Source: Callorhinchus milii
Lineage: Eukaryota
Reading direction: 5' to 3'
Assembly (NCBI RefSeq): GCF_018977255.1
Contig: NW_024704743.1
Coordinates: forward strand, 30,568,001 to 30,632,000
Length of the DNA stretch: 64,000 nucleotides
In this document: one piece after another, positions 51,388 to 63,867 of the stretch
Position numbering within the stretch: the stretch's first letter is position 1
Layout of the letters: every line of letters begins with the position of its first letter
Notes under the pieces: generated by a model
The model's database searches: none
What the model was told of the DNA's origin: nothing
What the model saw: only the letters and a program-made list of their open reading frames with translations
Translations under genes and position numbers: made by a program

Positions 51388-52338
51388 CAACAATAACAAC
51401 AACAGGATTACATTTGAAAAGCGCCTTTCACAGCAGGAGGACATCCCAAGGCGCTGGACAGAGAACAGCATTTCAGACCCAGCTGGGGTTGGGGGGATAA
51501 GGGAGGGGAGGGGAAGTAGGGTGGCCAATGGCATGGTCAAAGAGGAGGGTCTTGAGGCAGGACTTGAAGGAGGCGAAGGAGGGGGCGAGACAGAGTGATT
51601 GGGGGATGGAATTCGAGAGGTTGTGGGCAGAGTGGCTGAAGGCTCTCCCACCAATGGTGGGGCGGGTAGGTCGGGGGACGTGGAGCAGGCCAGAGCCGGC
51701 TGAGCGGAGGGAACGGGCGGGTTGGTAGGGGCTTAGGAGGTCGCAGAGGTAGAGTGGGGCGAGGCCGTGGAGGGGCTTTGCATGTGAGGACAAGGATCTT
51801 GAACTGGATCCTCTGAAGGATAGGGAGCCAGTGGAGTCGGGCGAGAGTGGGGGAGATGGGGTCACGGAGTTTGGTCCTGGAGTTGAGGGTGGAAGTAGAA
51901 AGATAAGAGTTGGGTGTCATCCGCACAGTTGACCCCATGTCTGCGGATGATAATAATAATTATAATAAAATTATATATATAAAATAATAAAATTATATAT
52001 ATAAATAATAATATATAATAATAAAATAATTATGTCACTAAGGGGGAGCATGTAGATATTAAAGAGGAGAGGGCCAAGGACAGAGCCCTGGGGGACCCCA
52101 GATGTGACAGTGCGGGGGCTGGAGGAGAAACCGTTGGAGGTAACAAAGTGGAGACGGTGAGAGAGATAGGAATCGAACCAGGCAAGGGCAGGTCCGCGAA
52201 GTTAAGTAAAGAGGAGAGGCGGTGCATGAGGATGGAGTGGTCGACAGTGTCGAAGGCGGCAGAGAGGTCGAGGAGGACAAGGAGGCAGAGGGAGCCCTGA
52301 TCACAGATGTTCAGAATGTCATTAGTGACTTTGACCAG
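51388..52338 (-). mobile_element. L2 with internal deletion and A/T-only insert
   Basis: [36 protein letters not shown]; tail at left. Confidence 0.93.
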
Positions 52339-52392
52339 CGCATAGAGACAGTCAGCTGGCAACTTCACATGTGCCAGCCAGCTCCTGCACTA

Positions 52393-52570
52393 CAGGTGGC
52401 AACCTCTGGGTCATTAGGTCACCACTGAGATTACTTCCTGAATGCTGCAGTGACCTAATGATCTGAAAGTTGGCCATTTTTTTAAACACTAAAAAATGTC
52501 AGTCTTCCAGGTAATAGGATTGCCCCTGTCGCTTCCTGAGTAAACGACAGGAAGTCACAATGGCATTGAG
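52393..52570. repeat. Multi-hairpin repeat
   Basis: GGTCATTAGGTCAC/GTGACCTAATGATC and gtcgcttcctg/caggaagtcac inverted pairs. Confidence 0.6.
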
Positions 52571-53312
52571 CTGGAAATCAGCTATGTTTTGTTAAAGACA
52601 AGGGAGCCAGCCAGTATGCAGGAAGTGAGCCTGCTGGCTATTCCACCGCCTTGGGACGTCCTCCCGACGTGAAAGACGCTATACAAATGTCATTTTGTTT
52701 TGTTTTTATAGCATATGCAGGGAAAACAGCTATCACAGCTCTGTTATAACTGCTACTGGAATTTTATGACCTTTGATCAAATGGGGGCTTCACGATATTT
52801 TGAAACTTGATCTCTGCGGCTGATTTCAATTCCAGAATTAAATGTCAAGCAAAAAACAAAACTTTGCAAATCCTTCCATCTCCCCTTTTGCAAACCTTAA
52901 TGGGGAGACATTTCTTGGAAGTAAGAATAAAGTGAGTCTTTTCATACCACTAAATCAGTATTTTAGATTGTGCCTTTGTCAGACGGTGTGTAAAAATTAT
53001 TCCGCCTCACTCGAACTGTTTTGTCAATATTTGGGTTCGTAACACCAAGTGTTGCTAGAGTAGTCTGGCAGAGGAGGTAAAACAATACACCTGTGTCCCC
53101 ACATTCAGACACAAAAATGTAAGAAAACTCAGAACAATAAACTATCACTCAGCCAATCAAAGCTACACTAAACAAAAAAAAACAACAAGTTACATTTCTA
53201 CAGCACCTTTCACGTCGGGAGGACTGGATCTAAATGATCCTCATGTGGGCTTCTCCTTCTCTATCTCTGAGACAAAAGCTTTCCAGAGACGCATCTTAAA
53301 TTTCCAAATCCT

Positions 53313-55200
53313 CAACAACAAAACAACAACTTGCACTTACATAGCGCCCTCCATGCAGGGCAGTGTCTCAGAGTGCTTAACAGTGGCAGAGCCTGTCTCC
53401 TAGCCGGGGGGAATGGGCAGGTGGCCGTAAGCACAGTCAAAGAGGAAAGTTTTCCAGTGGGACTTGAAAGAGGTGAGAGGTTGAGGGCTTGAGGGAGCGC
53501 GTTCCAGAGTTTCGGGGCATAGTGGCTGAAAGCGTGACCTCCGATGGTTGGGTGTGAGAGATGAGCAGGAGACCGGTGCCAGTCGAGCTGTGGTGGATTG
53601 GGGAGTGAGGAGGTCGAAGAGATAGGGAGTGAATGGATTTGAACCCGAGTGTGAGGATCCTGAAGTTGATCTGTTCGGTGATGGGGAACCAGTGGAGTCT
53701 GGCCAGAACTGGTGAGATTTGGGTACGGAGTTTGGTCTGAGTCACTATGCGGGCGGCAGAGTTTTGAATGACCTGGATTTTTTGAATAGTGGAGCTGGGG
53801 AGACCAGCGAGGAGTGCATTGGAGTAATCCAGGCTGGAGGTGACAAACGCATGCACATGGGTTTTGGCTGCATTTGGGGTAAGGTAGGGTTGGAGGCGGG
53901 CAATGTGGCGGAGGTGGAAGAAGGCGGTACTGGTCAGGGACCGGATGTGGGGGAAGAAGGACAGCTGGGAGTCGAACCAGACGCCTCGGTTGTGCACTGG
54001 ATCGGTGAGTCTGAGGGAGAGCCCAGGGAGGTTGAGGAGTTTAGATCCGCAGGAGTGAAGACATTAACAGAAGCCAAGGAGTATGGCTTCTGTCTTGTCC
54101 ACATTCAGCTGCAGGAAGTTTACGCTCATCCAGGCCCTGATGTCTGCCAGACAAGCTGATAGAACATCAGCAGACCTGGAATTGGTACTGGAGGAGGCAA
54201 AGTAGATTTGTGTGCAATCCGCATCTATGTGGAAATCTACTATGTGTCTGCGGAAGACATCGCCCAGAGGGAGCACATAGGTAAGGAAAGGAAGGGCGCC
54301 AAGGATGGAGCCCTGGGGTACCCTGTAGGTGACCAGGAGCGAGAGATGAAACCATTTGCTGAGATGAAATGGAGGTGGTTGGTTAAGTAGGACTTGAAAC
54401 CATGCGAGTGCGGTTCCACTAAGTTGGATGAGGGAGGAGAGCCGATGGAGGAGGATGGCATGGTCGACCGTGTCAAACACGGCAAAGAGATCCAGGAAGA
54501 CAAGGAGGCAGAGGGAACCCTGGTCACAGATGGAGAGAATGTTCACTTGTGACTTTGACAAGTGCTGTCTCTGTGCTGTGGGCAGGGCGAAAACCAGACT
54601 GCAGGGGCTCGAGGAGGGAGTGGAGGGAGAGGTTTGACCAAAGTTGACCTGCAGCAATGCATTCCAGGACTTTGGCAAGGAAAGGTAGGTTGGAGATGGG
54701 ACGGGAGTGTGAGAAATCAGAAGGATCCAGGGTGGGTGTTTTGAGCAGGGGTATGATGACAGTGGTTTTCAGGGGGAGTGGAACAGAGCCTGAGGAGAGA
54801 GTCTGGTTGACTGTGTCGGCCAGCATGGGGGAAGAGGAGGGGGAGTTGAGTGACCAGCAGCTGGATGGGATGGGGATCGAGGTAGCCAGTGGTGAACTTC
54901 ATCCATTGATTGTGGTTGTCAGGGAGGAGGAAGAAATGAGGGCAAAGGAATGTAAGAAGAAGGGAGTGGCAGGAGCCTTGTCAGAGGGAGAAAGAGGTGT
55001 GGATGGTCTGGGTGAGATGGAAGGAGACATGGGTGGGGGAACGATGCAGCCAAGCGGATGTTTTAAATTTTTTGAGGCAAAGAAGTCTAGGACCTCTTCG
55101 CACTTGGCGTTTGACGTAAGGATAGAGGGGGCTTGAGGGGGTGCACAGATGAGGTGATGGACGGTGGAAAATCTTTGGATTGTTTGGATCAAGTAACCAA
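53313..55200 (-). mobile_element. L2 LINE (second subfamily), 5'-truncated
   Basis: RPISNLPFLAKVLE, QSGFRPAHSTETALVKV, DL.AVFDTVDH, VPQGSILG, TSSLDYSNALLAGLP; tail differs from 42404 copy. Confidence 0.95.
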
Positions 55201-55834
55201 TCCAGAATAGTCATCCACCCTCACCTCTCTATTCAACCATAGCACCGGGGGTAATCACCACATCAAATAAGGTATTTGCACTCAATATTCCAATATGGAA
55301 TCACCAATGATCCACAGAAGGTCTGAATACCTGATTTTGAATGTAGTCAAATGCCTCCAAGATGCAACCAAGTATTGGATTAATTTGATGTTCAGAGAAC
55401 AACATGGATTAACAACTGATGAGAAGCTGAACAGTCACTTACCATTCGAGTCGTGTGCTTGTTTGAGCCAAGATGAGATCAACAATGGTGTCAGTGCCAG
55501 ATATCAAAATCAAATTCTCCCTTCCAAAGATTTGGTGTCCTCTGTATTGGCTACTTCTGGAGAGGAAACATTCCACTTCAGTGGATGGGACATTTTTATT
55601 CCAACCGCACCTTCTATAAAAACCTGTGTGTGTAAAAGAAATAGGAATAATCAAACCGGATGTCTACGGTCTATCTTGAAAATCTGGTTTTAGGAACTTC
55701 CAGTCTTTAGTGACCTCATCACTGCTTGAATACAGCATCTCATTGGTGCCGGGCACTCAGCATCATTCAGATGGACTCACAAGCTCATAATTCTGGATGA
55801 TGGGATGATATTTCACAATAGATTCATTTATTAA

Positions 55835-56016
55835 GGGAGTTTCTCCCTGTGTCCTGGCAAATAATCCCCCAGATAAAATTGGTCATTCACTTCCTAGCTG
55901 TTTGTAGGACATTGTTGTGCACAGAATGGCTCCTGTGTTTGCCGAAAAAAATGACCTGTGAAGCGCTTTAAAACATTTCAACGTTACAAGCGCCTTATCA
56001 AATGCAAGGATTATTA
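55835..56016 (+). mobile_element. Deu-SINE 3' half
   Basis: gggagtttctccctgtgtcctggcaaataatcccccagataaaattggtcattcac...caaatgcaaggattatt. Confidence 0.85.
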
Positions 56017-57274
56017 ATGGTCACTAGAATCTGTTATGAGTCATCACAATTAGGTCATCTATTCCTAACGGCTGGCTGTCGTTCTCCCTCCACCCCCCAC
56101 GACCTCAGTACAATGGTTGAACCTGAAGATTTCAGGACTGCCACTGCTGTTTTTGATCGACTCTGTCATTTGAATGTTTTAATGCAATTGAATGGGTTAT
56201 ATTATGATCTTAACACAATAAGGATCTGGTGCAGTGGCAGTTTAGCACTGGCTCTGAGGTTGGGGAGGTCACAAGCAGACATTGAATGTGGTGTCAGTGA
56301 AGCTCTTGGAATCATTTTTGGGTACAATCATTGTGTCGAAGTCAGTGGAGGGGTTCACACCAACATTAGTCTTTGCGGAAAAATGGAAAGATCAAAATGT
56401 CTCGCAAAAGATTCCACAACACATGAAATCTCTGGTGATTTTTCACCCCTACAGATTCATTAATCTTCATCTCCCACAGTTGATCTGCTATTACTAAAAA
56501 ACAAAACTTCATTTTTGTTAAATTCCCGCAACCTCTAGACAGAAGTCAGTGATTCTCTGGATCATGAGGAATGTGGAATCTTTCTGTTTCCCGCGTGTCA
56601 TATGGTACATTCTCAGTATCAGTGCTCGAGACCGAAGAGTTTCAAAAACTGAAGAAATTCCCACAAAAGGGAACCAAGAGGGAATGCTTCATGCTCACAG
56701 ACTCCCTGGGATTTTACAACTTTAGCAGTTGTGAGTCATTTAGGATCTTTGAGAAATCAGTTGATATGCAGCTACATTCCCCTTGTCATTCTACCCAGTG
56801 GGCTAAAAGAGTTGGGCTTTTTACTACGACAGTATTATGTGTCAAAATTGCACACAAGGGGAGGGTAATTCACCTGGTTCTAGATTCACTCTATTTGCTT
56901 AAAAACATCGATTTGCTTAATATTTCAGAGAGTTCAGAATTTGTCAACTTGTTATCATTTAATCTTGAAAGAAGTTACAGAAAATCTGCTTCAAAATTCA
57001 GACTGTATTTAAGAACGTGCAAATTTCTGGTCACTCTGAAATATGAAGAAAAATCAAGCAAATCAAGCCTAAAGTGGATTTTTTTACTCCGGGTTGAACT
57101 CATGCTACTTTTAGAAATACAGCTTTAATCTTCTATCATGTTTCAATGTTAAGTATTTAAAAATTATGGGATTTATTTTGTAGAAACAGAGTATTTAATC
57201 ACAGTGCTCTGTTATTAAGATGCAATCTTGAATTCATTTGATAGCAAAAATATTACTGTGTAGGATCCTCAAGA

Positions 57275-57385
57275 CGGCGCAGGAGATCAAAGCATTGTAT
57301 GATGTAGTCCTGAGCCAGACCAGGAAGGTCCTGGCTTCAATCTCTGGACTGTGCTACGGTAGCTGATCTCAATCACGCTGGTGTG
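57275..57385 (+). mobile_element. AmnSINE2-like 5' part
   Basis: ctgagccagaccaggaaggtcctggcttcaatctctggactgtgctacggtagctgatctca. Confidence 0.65.
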
Positions 57386-58309
57386 GAAATAATAACCACA
57401 CAACCATATGCGTCACACTGAGCTGACCAACAGCGTCTCCCACTCCAACCTGTGCAGAAGGAGATCACCCGAGCGTGAAGTTCCTACAGGTCACAGCCAG
57501 TGAGGCACATCTAGCTCTGAATCCAGGTTGTGAAGACCGCATTTTAGGTTCTACCAGGGTGCTCGAACAGATCACTACCAACAAAACTGGAAGTGATCTG
57601 TCTCTAGCACACTTCACCTCCCCCCAAACCCATCCTTACCCTCAGGCATTTTCGGACACTAAATATAGAGTCAATTCACTTTACAGCATATTCTGTGAAT
57701 GCTTTGAGACATGATAAGGCACTCTTCCAAATACAAGGATTATTATTATTACTGGAGGTCGGATCAGACCTAGAATTGGCCAAACCATGACATCTAACAT
57801 GCACTACAGCTGGAATCAGTTCTGCAGAAACCAGACGCACCTCAATGCCAATGGTTCGGCTGCATTCTGTTACCACTTGAGCGAGGACTCCACTGTGAAT
57901 CTCCCTCCCCTAACTTCCCCTTCTTCCCCCATCCTCCCCACCACCACCACCACCACGACCACCGCATTGCACCTGCTGCATCCTCATATTCTACCCTTCT
58001 CATTTCCTCTCTATCGTGTATTATAATAGCTGGTGTGGTTCTGTCTCCATCAGAGCATGCCCCACTCGAAGTTTAAGACAAAAGTTGCAACAAAAATTTT
58101 TGACTACATGTTTGTGAAACGCAATACACAACAAGCAGGCAGACATCAGTGTAGATCTACCCCAACAATACTGCATTTATAAGCATTGAAGTGGCTGAGA
58201 GATGTAAGATGATCTACCGAGGTTAAATTGTGCAATGTAGCCCATTTACAGTCAGAGTCGGGGGGAAGCTAGCACAAAAGGACCTGAGAGTAAGCTACAT
58301 CACTGGTGG

Positions 58310-58700
58310 GCAACAACAACAAATTGCATTGTATAAATATCCCAAGGCGCCGTACAGTCCAGGGTTTGCACCCAAGCTGGGGGTTGCAATCAAGAATGGT
58401 GGGGGTCAAGGGGGATGAGGCTGGGAGGATGAACAAAGGCATAGACAAAGAGGAAGGTCTTGAGACAGGAGTTGAAGGAGGCAAGAAAGGGGGTGAGGTG
58501 AAGGGAATCCGGGATGTAGTTCGAGAGTAGGGGGCAGAAAGGCTGAAGGAGCAGCCAGTGCGGGAGGCTTGGAGTAGGCAAGTGCCCATTGGACAGGTTG
58601 GTAAGATTTTAGTAGGTCTCAAAGAGAGGGAGGAGCAAGACCGTGGAGGGCTTTAAAAGTGAGGACAAGGATCTGAAACTTGAATCTCTGGGGGATGGGG
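58310..58700 (-). mobile_element. L2 3' fragment
   Basis: (CAA)n tail; ggtcttgagacagg; gaggacaaggatctgaaac. Confidence 0.88.
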
Positions 58701-59203
58701 ATTTATATTGCTGCCATGAAGGGTGCAATCTTTTGAAACATCAGAATATTAAGATCAGTTCAGATGAAAAAGGCCTTTCGACCCATTTAAGTTCATCCTT
58801 TCAGAATGCCCTTCCCTACCACCCTGCGCTTGCAGCATCAAGCTGTTTCTTAAATGAGTCCTTGCCCTGGCCTCAACCAGCCTTCCTTCTAACCTCTTCC
58901 ATATGTTAATTGCTCTCAATGAAACTGGCCATTGTGAAATACCACCTTGTTAAAATGGGTCTCTGGAGTCAGCAACACTTTGCATTACCTGCAGCCGAAA
59001 CCAATACCAGACATTGGCAGCAGTGCCCCAAGGTAAATGCAAGACGCATGTATCCAGCATTTGCGGCAACAGTTCTGCTAATCCCCCGACGCTGATTTGA
59101 TCGCCCTGAGCCTGGATTATGGCAATGGAAGACAGGTAAAACAGATGGAGGCAGACAGACAGGAGCTGTTGACAACATGATCTCCCGAGTCTGAACCTGA
59201 AGG

Positions 59204-59395
59204 GGTTGTTAAACAAAATAACGTGTCATTTTACGTGCCAAATTTTAGACTTTACGCATCAATGTGAAAACCAGTTCCAATCATATTACCTTCACTATGA
59301 ATAGGGAGCATGCTGTGATTGAAATGGGTTTTTCACATGAGTACACAAAGTGTGATTTTTTAGCACGTAAAATTACATACCATTATGTTAATAGC
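59204..59395. mobile_element. Palindromic MITE-like ancient element
   Basis: TTTTACGTGC/GCACGTAAAA and ATGTGAAAACCAGTTCCAATCA/TGATTGAAATGGGTTTTTCACAT nested inverted arms. Confidence 0.7.
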
Positions 59396-59569
59396 GCTTT
59401 TTCCACTTCAGGCTTGGGATACAGTTAAAAGCCCTGGATCATCCCACGCAGATGATGGAGAAACAGTACAGAGCAATTATAGTAATAGCTTGGAACAGCC
59501 TTGCTTACAGAAAATAGAAAAGTGCTAATAGAAAAGTGCAGCCGTAATTTTTCCACGGATTTCGTTACA

Positions 59570-60498
59570 AGCAACCCACTCTGTGACAAACAACCCCTTC
59601 CGCCACAAACACCTCGCTCCACTACAAATACCTCAGTCCGCTACAAACACCTTCCTCTGCTACAAACAACCCTCTCCGCCACAAACACCTCCCTCTGCTA
59701 CAAACATCCCACTCATAGGAACATAGGAATTAGGTGCAGGAGTAGGCCATTCGACCCCTCGAGCCTGTCCCGCCATTCAATAAGATCATGTCTGATCTTC
59801 TAACTTAACTCCATCTGCCTGCCTTATCCCCATATCCCTTAATCCCTCTATCCTTTAGAAATCTATCAATCTCAGTCTTGAATATGTTCAAGGACTGAGA
59901 ATCTACAGCCTTCTGGGGTAGAGAATTCCATAAATTCACCACCCACTGAGTGAAGAAGTGTTTCCTCAACTCTGTTTGCAAAGGCTGACCCTTAAGACTG
60001 TGACCCCTAGTTATAGATTCTCCTACCAGGGGAAACAGTCTCACACTGTCTACTCTGTCAAGCCCCATAAGAATCTTATATGTTTCTATAAGATCACCCC
60101 TAATTCTTTCTTATTCTAGAGAATATAGGCCCAGTTTACTCAACCTATCCTCATAGGTCAAGCCCCTCATCCTAGGAACTAACCTAGTGAATCTACGCTG
60201 CACCCGCTCTAAGGCGAGTATGTCCTTTAAACTCCACTACAAACACTCACCTCGCTACGAACACCTCCCTCTGCTACAAACACCCCCCTCATTACAAACA
60301 CACTCCTCCTCAACAAACACCTCCCTTCGCTACAAACACCCCCCTCACTACAAACACCCCCCTCACTACAAACACACTCCTCCTCAACAAACACCTCCCT
60401 TTGCTACAAACACCCCCCTCACTACAAACACCCCCCTCTGCTACAAACAATCCCTTTCACCACAAACACCTCCCTCTACTACAAACAATCCCCTCTGC
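59570..60498 (+). repeat. ~18-20 bp minisatellite (CTACAAACACCYCCCTC) split by a CR1 insertion
   Basis: Units at 59570-59713 and 60231-60498. Confidence 0.9.
59714..60229 (-). mobile_element. CR1 3' fragment (different subfamily)
   Basis: MGLDRVD..RLFPL..ESITRGHSLK...FFTQWVVNLWNSLP; (CATAGGAA)n terminal repeat. Confidence 0.95.
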
Positions 60499-60689
60499 CG
60501 CAAGGCAGTATAAAAATGCAAGTTTATTCTTTCTTTACCATCTACAATTTCAATAAAAATGAGTTGTTGGTTTGTTGGTTTCAATTGATTCTACTTCAAA
60601 TGCAGTCGGTCTCGGGCTGTTTACTCAACGCTGCTACTGCGGCGCAAGAGCGAAATGGGTTTCGCTCATCCCGGGGCCCCACTGTTGTG

Positions 60690-60825
60690 ATTGTCTGTGA
60701 GTGTCTCTCTCTCTATGTCTATGAGTTTCTGGGTCTGTGTGTGTGTCTCTTTACCTGTTTGTGTGTGTCTCTCTCTCCTTTTGTGAGTGTCTCTCTATCT
60801 CTTTCTGTGTGTGTGTCTGTGTGTG
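60690..60825. repeat. Degenerate (GT)/(CT) low-complexity tract
   Basis: gtgtgtgtctct repeats. Confidence 0.85.
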
Positions 60826-61344
60826 GTGGTGGGCCCCAAGAGGTGGTGACCTCCTGGAGCCCCACAGTCAGGCCTAATTCCCCCTCCCTCCACTCCTCCA
60901 TTGGGCCACCCAGGTTTGTTAAAGAAAGCATTCAGATTTTTGTTTGCAACAACTTAATGTGAGAAAAATGTAGATTGGGAGTAAAATGTGCCTCTCAATA
61001 GCACCAATCAACTCATAATTTTCAGCAAAATGTGTCAAATTTCCCCACAATTTCGGGCAAAATGTGTCAAATTTCCAAGCACTTTATGGCAAATATTTCC
61101 GCAAATTTTCTATTGGCCCTGCGTATTACCGCAACAATAACATTGGTGTGGTACCACCTCAATAAAAAAACATACAATGTGCAGAAAGATTGGACTCCGA
61201 AAGCCCTCCAAAGCTGGCTGAATTGTGTGGGTGGCTGTTGACTTTAATTCCCACTGCCTTAGGTAAACTGGGCAATTTACTTGCGTACAGAAAGTGTGGA
61301 TTATGTTTCCTCTCTTCCCACCCTCCAATACAGTGATGCCCAAC

Positions 61345-61575
61345 CAGTGGTTGATAATAGATTGACAGATCAGTTTTTCAGGGGTAATAAACCCTTAAAA
61401 AAAAATTTAAATTGTTAATCGACAACTGTTTGTGGGACAGAACTGTGCACGATTGGCTGCTCTGTTTCACACACAAAATATACAGTGAATTCACTTCACA
61501 GTATGTTCTATGAAGCGCTTTGAGACGTCTCAAAGACTTGATAAGGCGCTTTATCAAATGCAAGGATTATTATTA
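61345..61575 (+). mobile_element. Family A SINE, 5'-truncated
   Basis: caggggtaataaaccc...ctgtttgtgggacag...atcaaatgcaaggattattatt. Confidence 0.88.
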
Positions 61576-62546
61576 AAATCCTGCTAGGTTTATTGAACCA
61601 TGGGGTTGGGGAATGTAGGACCATTACAACCAACCCTTGTGCTGTCCCCTCGAGACATCCTCTTTCCAACACATTCAATAAATAGAGATCAGAGAGCCCA
61701 AATTCCATCCAGTCTTAGTTTGCAAGGACATTTTGCCTTAAAATTTAATACAGTATTATTGGAAAATTCTTCAATTCAGTAAGCTCTTTATTAGAACAAC
61801 AGAAAACCAAATTAAAACTGAACTTGAATTTTCTCATTATTCTGCAAGTGTTTGATAGGCTAAAGCAAGGTGGAATTTCAGATCTCAGGATCAGGAAGCT
61901 CTGGTTAGTTGGCAGCTATCTTTATATTATCGCTGCCTTTGGAGGGCTTCAAAAATGCATGTTTTGTTTTTTTAAATCGAGGGGTACCACACCTTCCTCA
62001 GCTCTCCCCATCCCCAGCTTCAACTTCCAGTATTGTATATAAAAAAACTCATAAACTAGAATGTATCTATAAATTGTGCTCTCTGTTTTCTAGCCACAGA
62101 ACCCCACTTCATTCCCATTTACACCACAGCTACACTTGTTCACAATCAACAGCAGGCTGCTGTCACAACCGGAGTGTAAACAGTAAGATGTTATCTGTTC
62201 TCAGTTTATTTTGGTTTAAATGCTTCCACATTCAGCCCTGTAAAATAGGACTCCAGTCTGACTGATAACAGAGTCAGACACATTGTGGCCCTTATTACAT
62301 AGGTCCTTCAGCTACAGGCTTCGCTTAACCTGACCAGTGTGACAGAGGTAAGCAACTTGCACTTGATATAGCACCCTTCAAATAGGCTCAGAGCACTTTG
62401 CAGGGACAGGATTGGATGCTGAGCAAGCTGAGAAATTGGCTGATGATCGGGTTGCCAATATCACTTTCTGTGCTTCATGGGCACTATGTGGCAGGACATC
62501 ACTCCCTTTGACCATACCTAGAGTCATTTCCCCTCTCTCCCTGGCT

Positions 62547-62924
62547 GGAGTCCTGTAGTTCAGTGGTTAGAGCACTCGCCTTGCAAGTGAGAGACGTAGG
62601 TTCAATTCCTGGCAGGGCGAAATGTTGGGCAAGTTTCCTTACTCCACACGCCTCTGTTTACCTAGCAGTAAGTAGGAACCTAGTTGTTAGTCAATTGGTG
62701 GAATGCTTTTCCAGGGGTAATAATTCCTTTTAAAAAATTAATAATAATAATAAATTGGTCATTCAATCCAAAACTGTTTGTGGGACACTGCTGTGCGCAA
62801 TTGGCTGCCGCTTTTCACCCACAAAATATACAGTCAATTCACTTTACAGTATATTCTGTGAAGTGCTTTGAGACGTCTCGAAGATGTGGTAAGGCGCTGT
62901 ATCAAATGCAAGGATCATTATTAT
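62547..62924 (+). mobile_element. Family A SINE, full length (best reference copy)
   Basis: tRNA-like head with A/B boxes and CTTGCAA loop; ttgggcaagtttccttactccacacgcctctgtttacctagcagtaagtagg; Deu-type 3' half; L2-type tail. Confidence 0.93.
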
Positions 62925-63867
62925 AAACTATGCCATTGTTAAGTGTTCTGAGCCACTACCCACCGGGAGGGCACTATATCAATGCAAGCTGTTATGATGT
63001 GCAGTAAGTGCCACTAAAGTCACTGCCTGGGCACAGCGCAAGCAGCTAAGCACAGGAAACGCCTCTGAAGTCGCTTTTTGAAGAAAGTGACATCAGCTGT
63101 GCTTCTTGGACAAAGCGTACATTTGCAGCTTGAAGTAAGTGACAACAGCAGACTGTGAAGTGTTAAGAGCCATTTTGTCATGATAAGATGTTATAAAATG
63201 TACAAATTCTCTTTTTTTGTTTTAAGAATGGATAAATCAGGTGACATCATGCAGCTTTACTAACTGTACGAAAGAAGCAATTTGCAGACACCATAAAGTT
63301 AGAGTGTGTGGGGGAGTGGTACAACTCCGCTGTCTCTCGCAGACACACACTCCAGCACAAACGTTTGAAGTCTCTGTTCAGAACCTTTTCCAAAATCACT
63401 CCTCCACCTTCATTGTTAAACCTAACTGTTTTGTATGCCTTATCTTAGTGTGATTGAAGAGCTCTGATCCATTCAACCTCATTTATGGTCCTCTTCACTG
63501 TAAATAGCCACATGAGAAATTATTCACACTTCCCGAAATTTAAAGCTACACTGCTCTTTCATTTCAAACATGATATAATCTGAGGACAGGTTTTGAACAA
63601 TCCCTGTGGGGCAGGAAAGAGGCCGTATGACCTCCCCTGCCATGAACCTCTGTTTCCCAATTCAGCCAAATCCAAGCATTCAGAAGCATGGAATATATTG
63701 GCTGCAGATTCACATCCTATAAGTAACTGCAGGTATTGCAGCAGTACGTGTCTGTCATTTGCTTTACTACCCAATGCTCCAACTTCATATCCAATTTTCT
63801 CAATTTTCTCACGCAGAAAAAAACAGTATATTGAGTTGCAATGTTGGTAGTTGTGCTGAACCTTACC

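Noticed and set aside
55295..57128. ORFs of 132-185 aa (CLRSILKI is faintly RTE-like)
   Set aside because: No continuous domain motifs and no supported exon structure; could be a very old TE but cannot be supported by eye.
60231..60498. CRISPR-like periodic repeat
   Set aside because: Tandem units without unique spacers, in vertebrate DNA, with no cas genes.
60187..60962. ORFs of 108 and 148 aa
   Set aside because: Translations of minisatellite and GT/CT low-complexity DNA.
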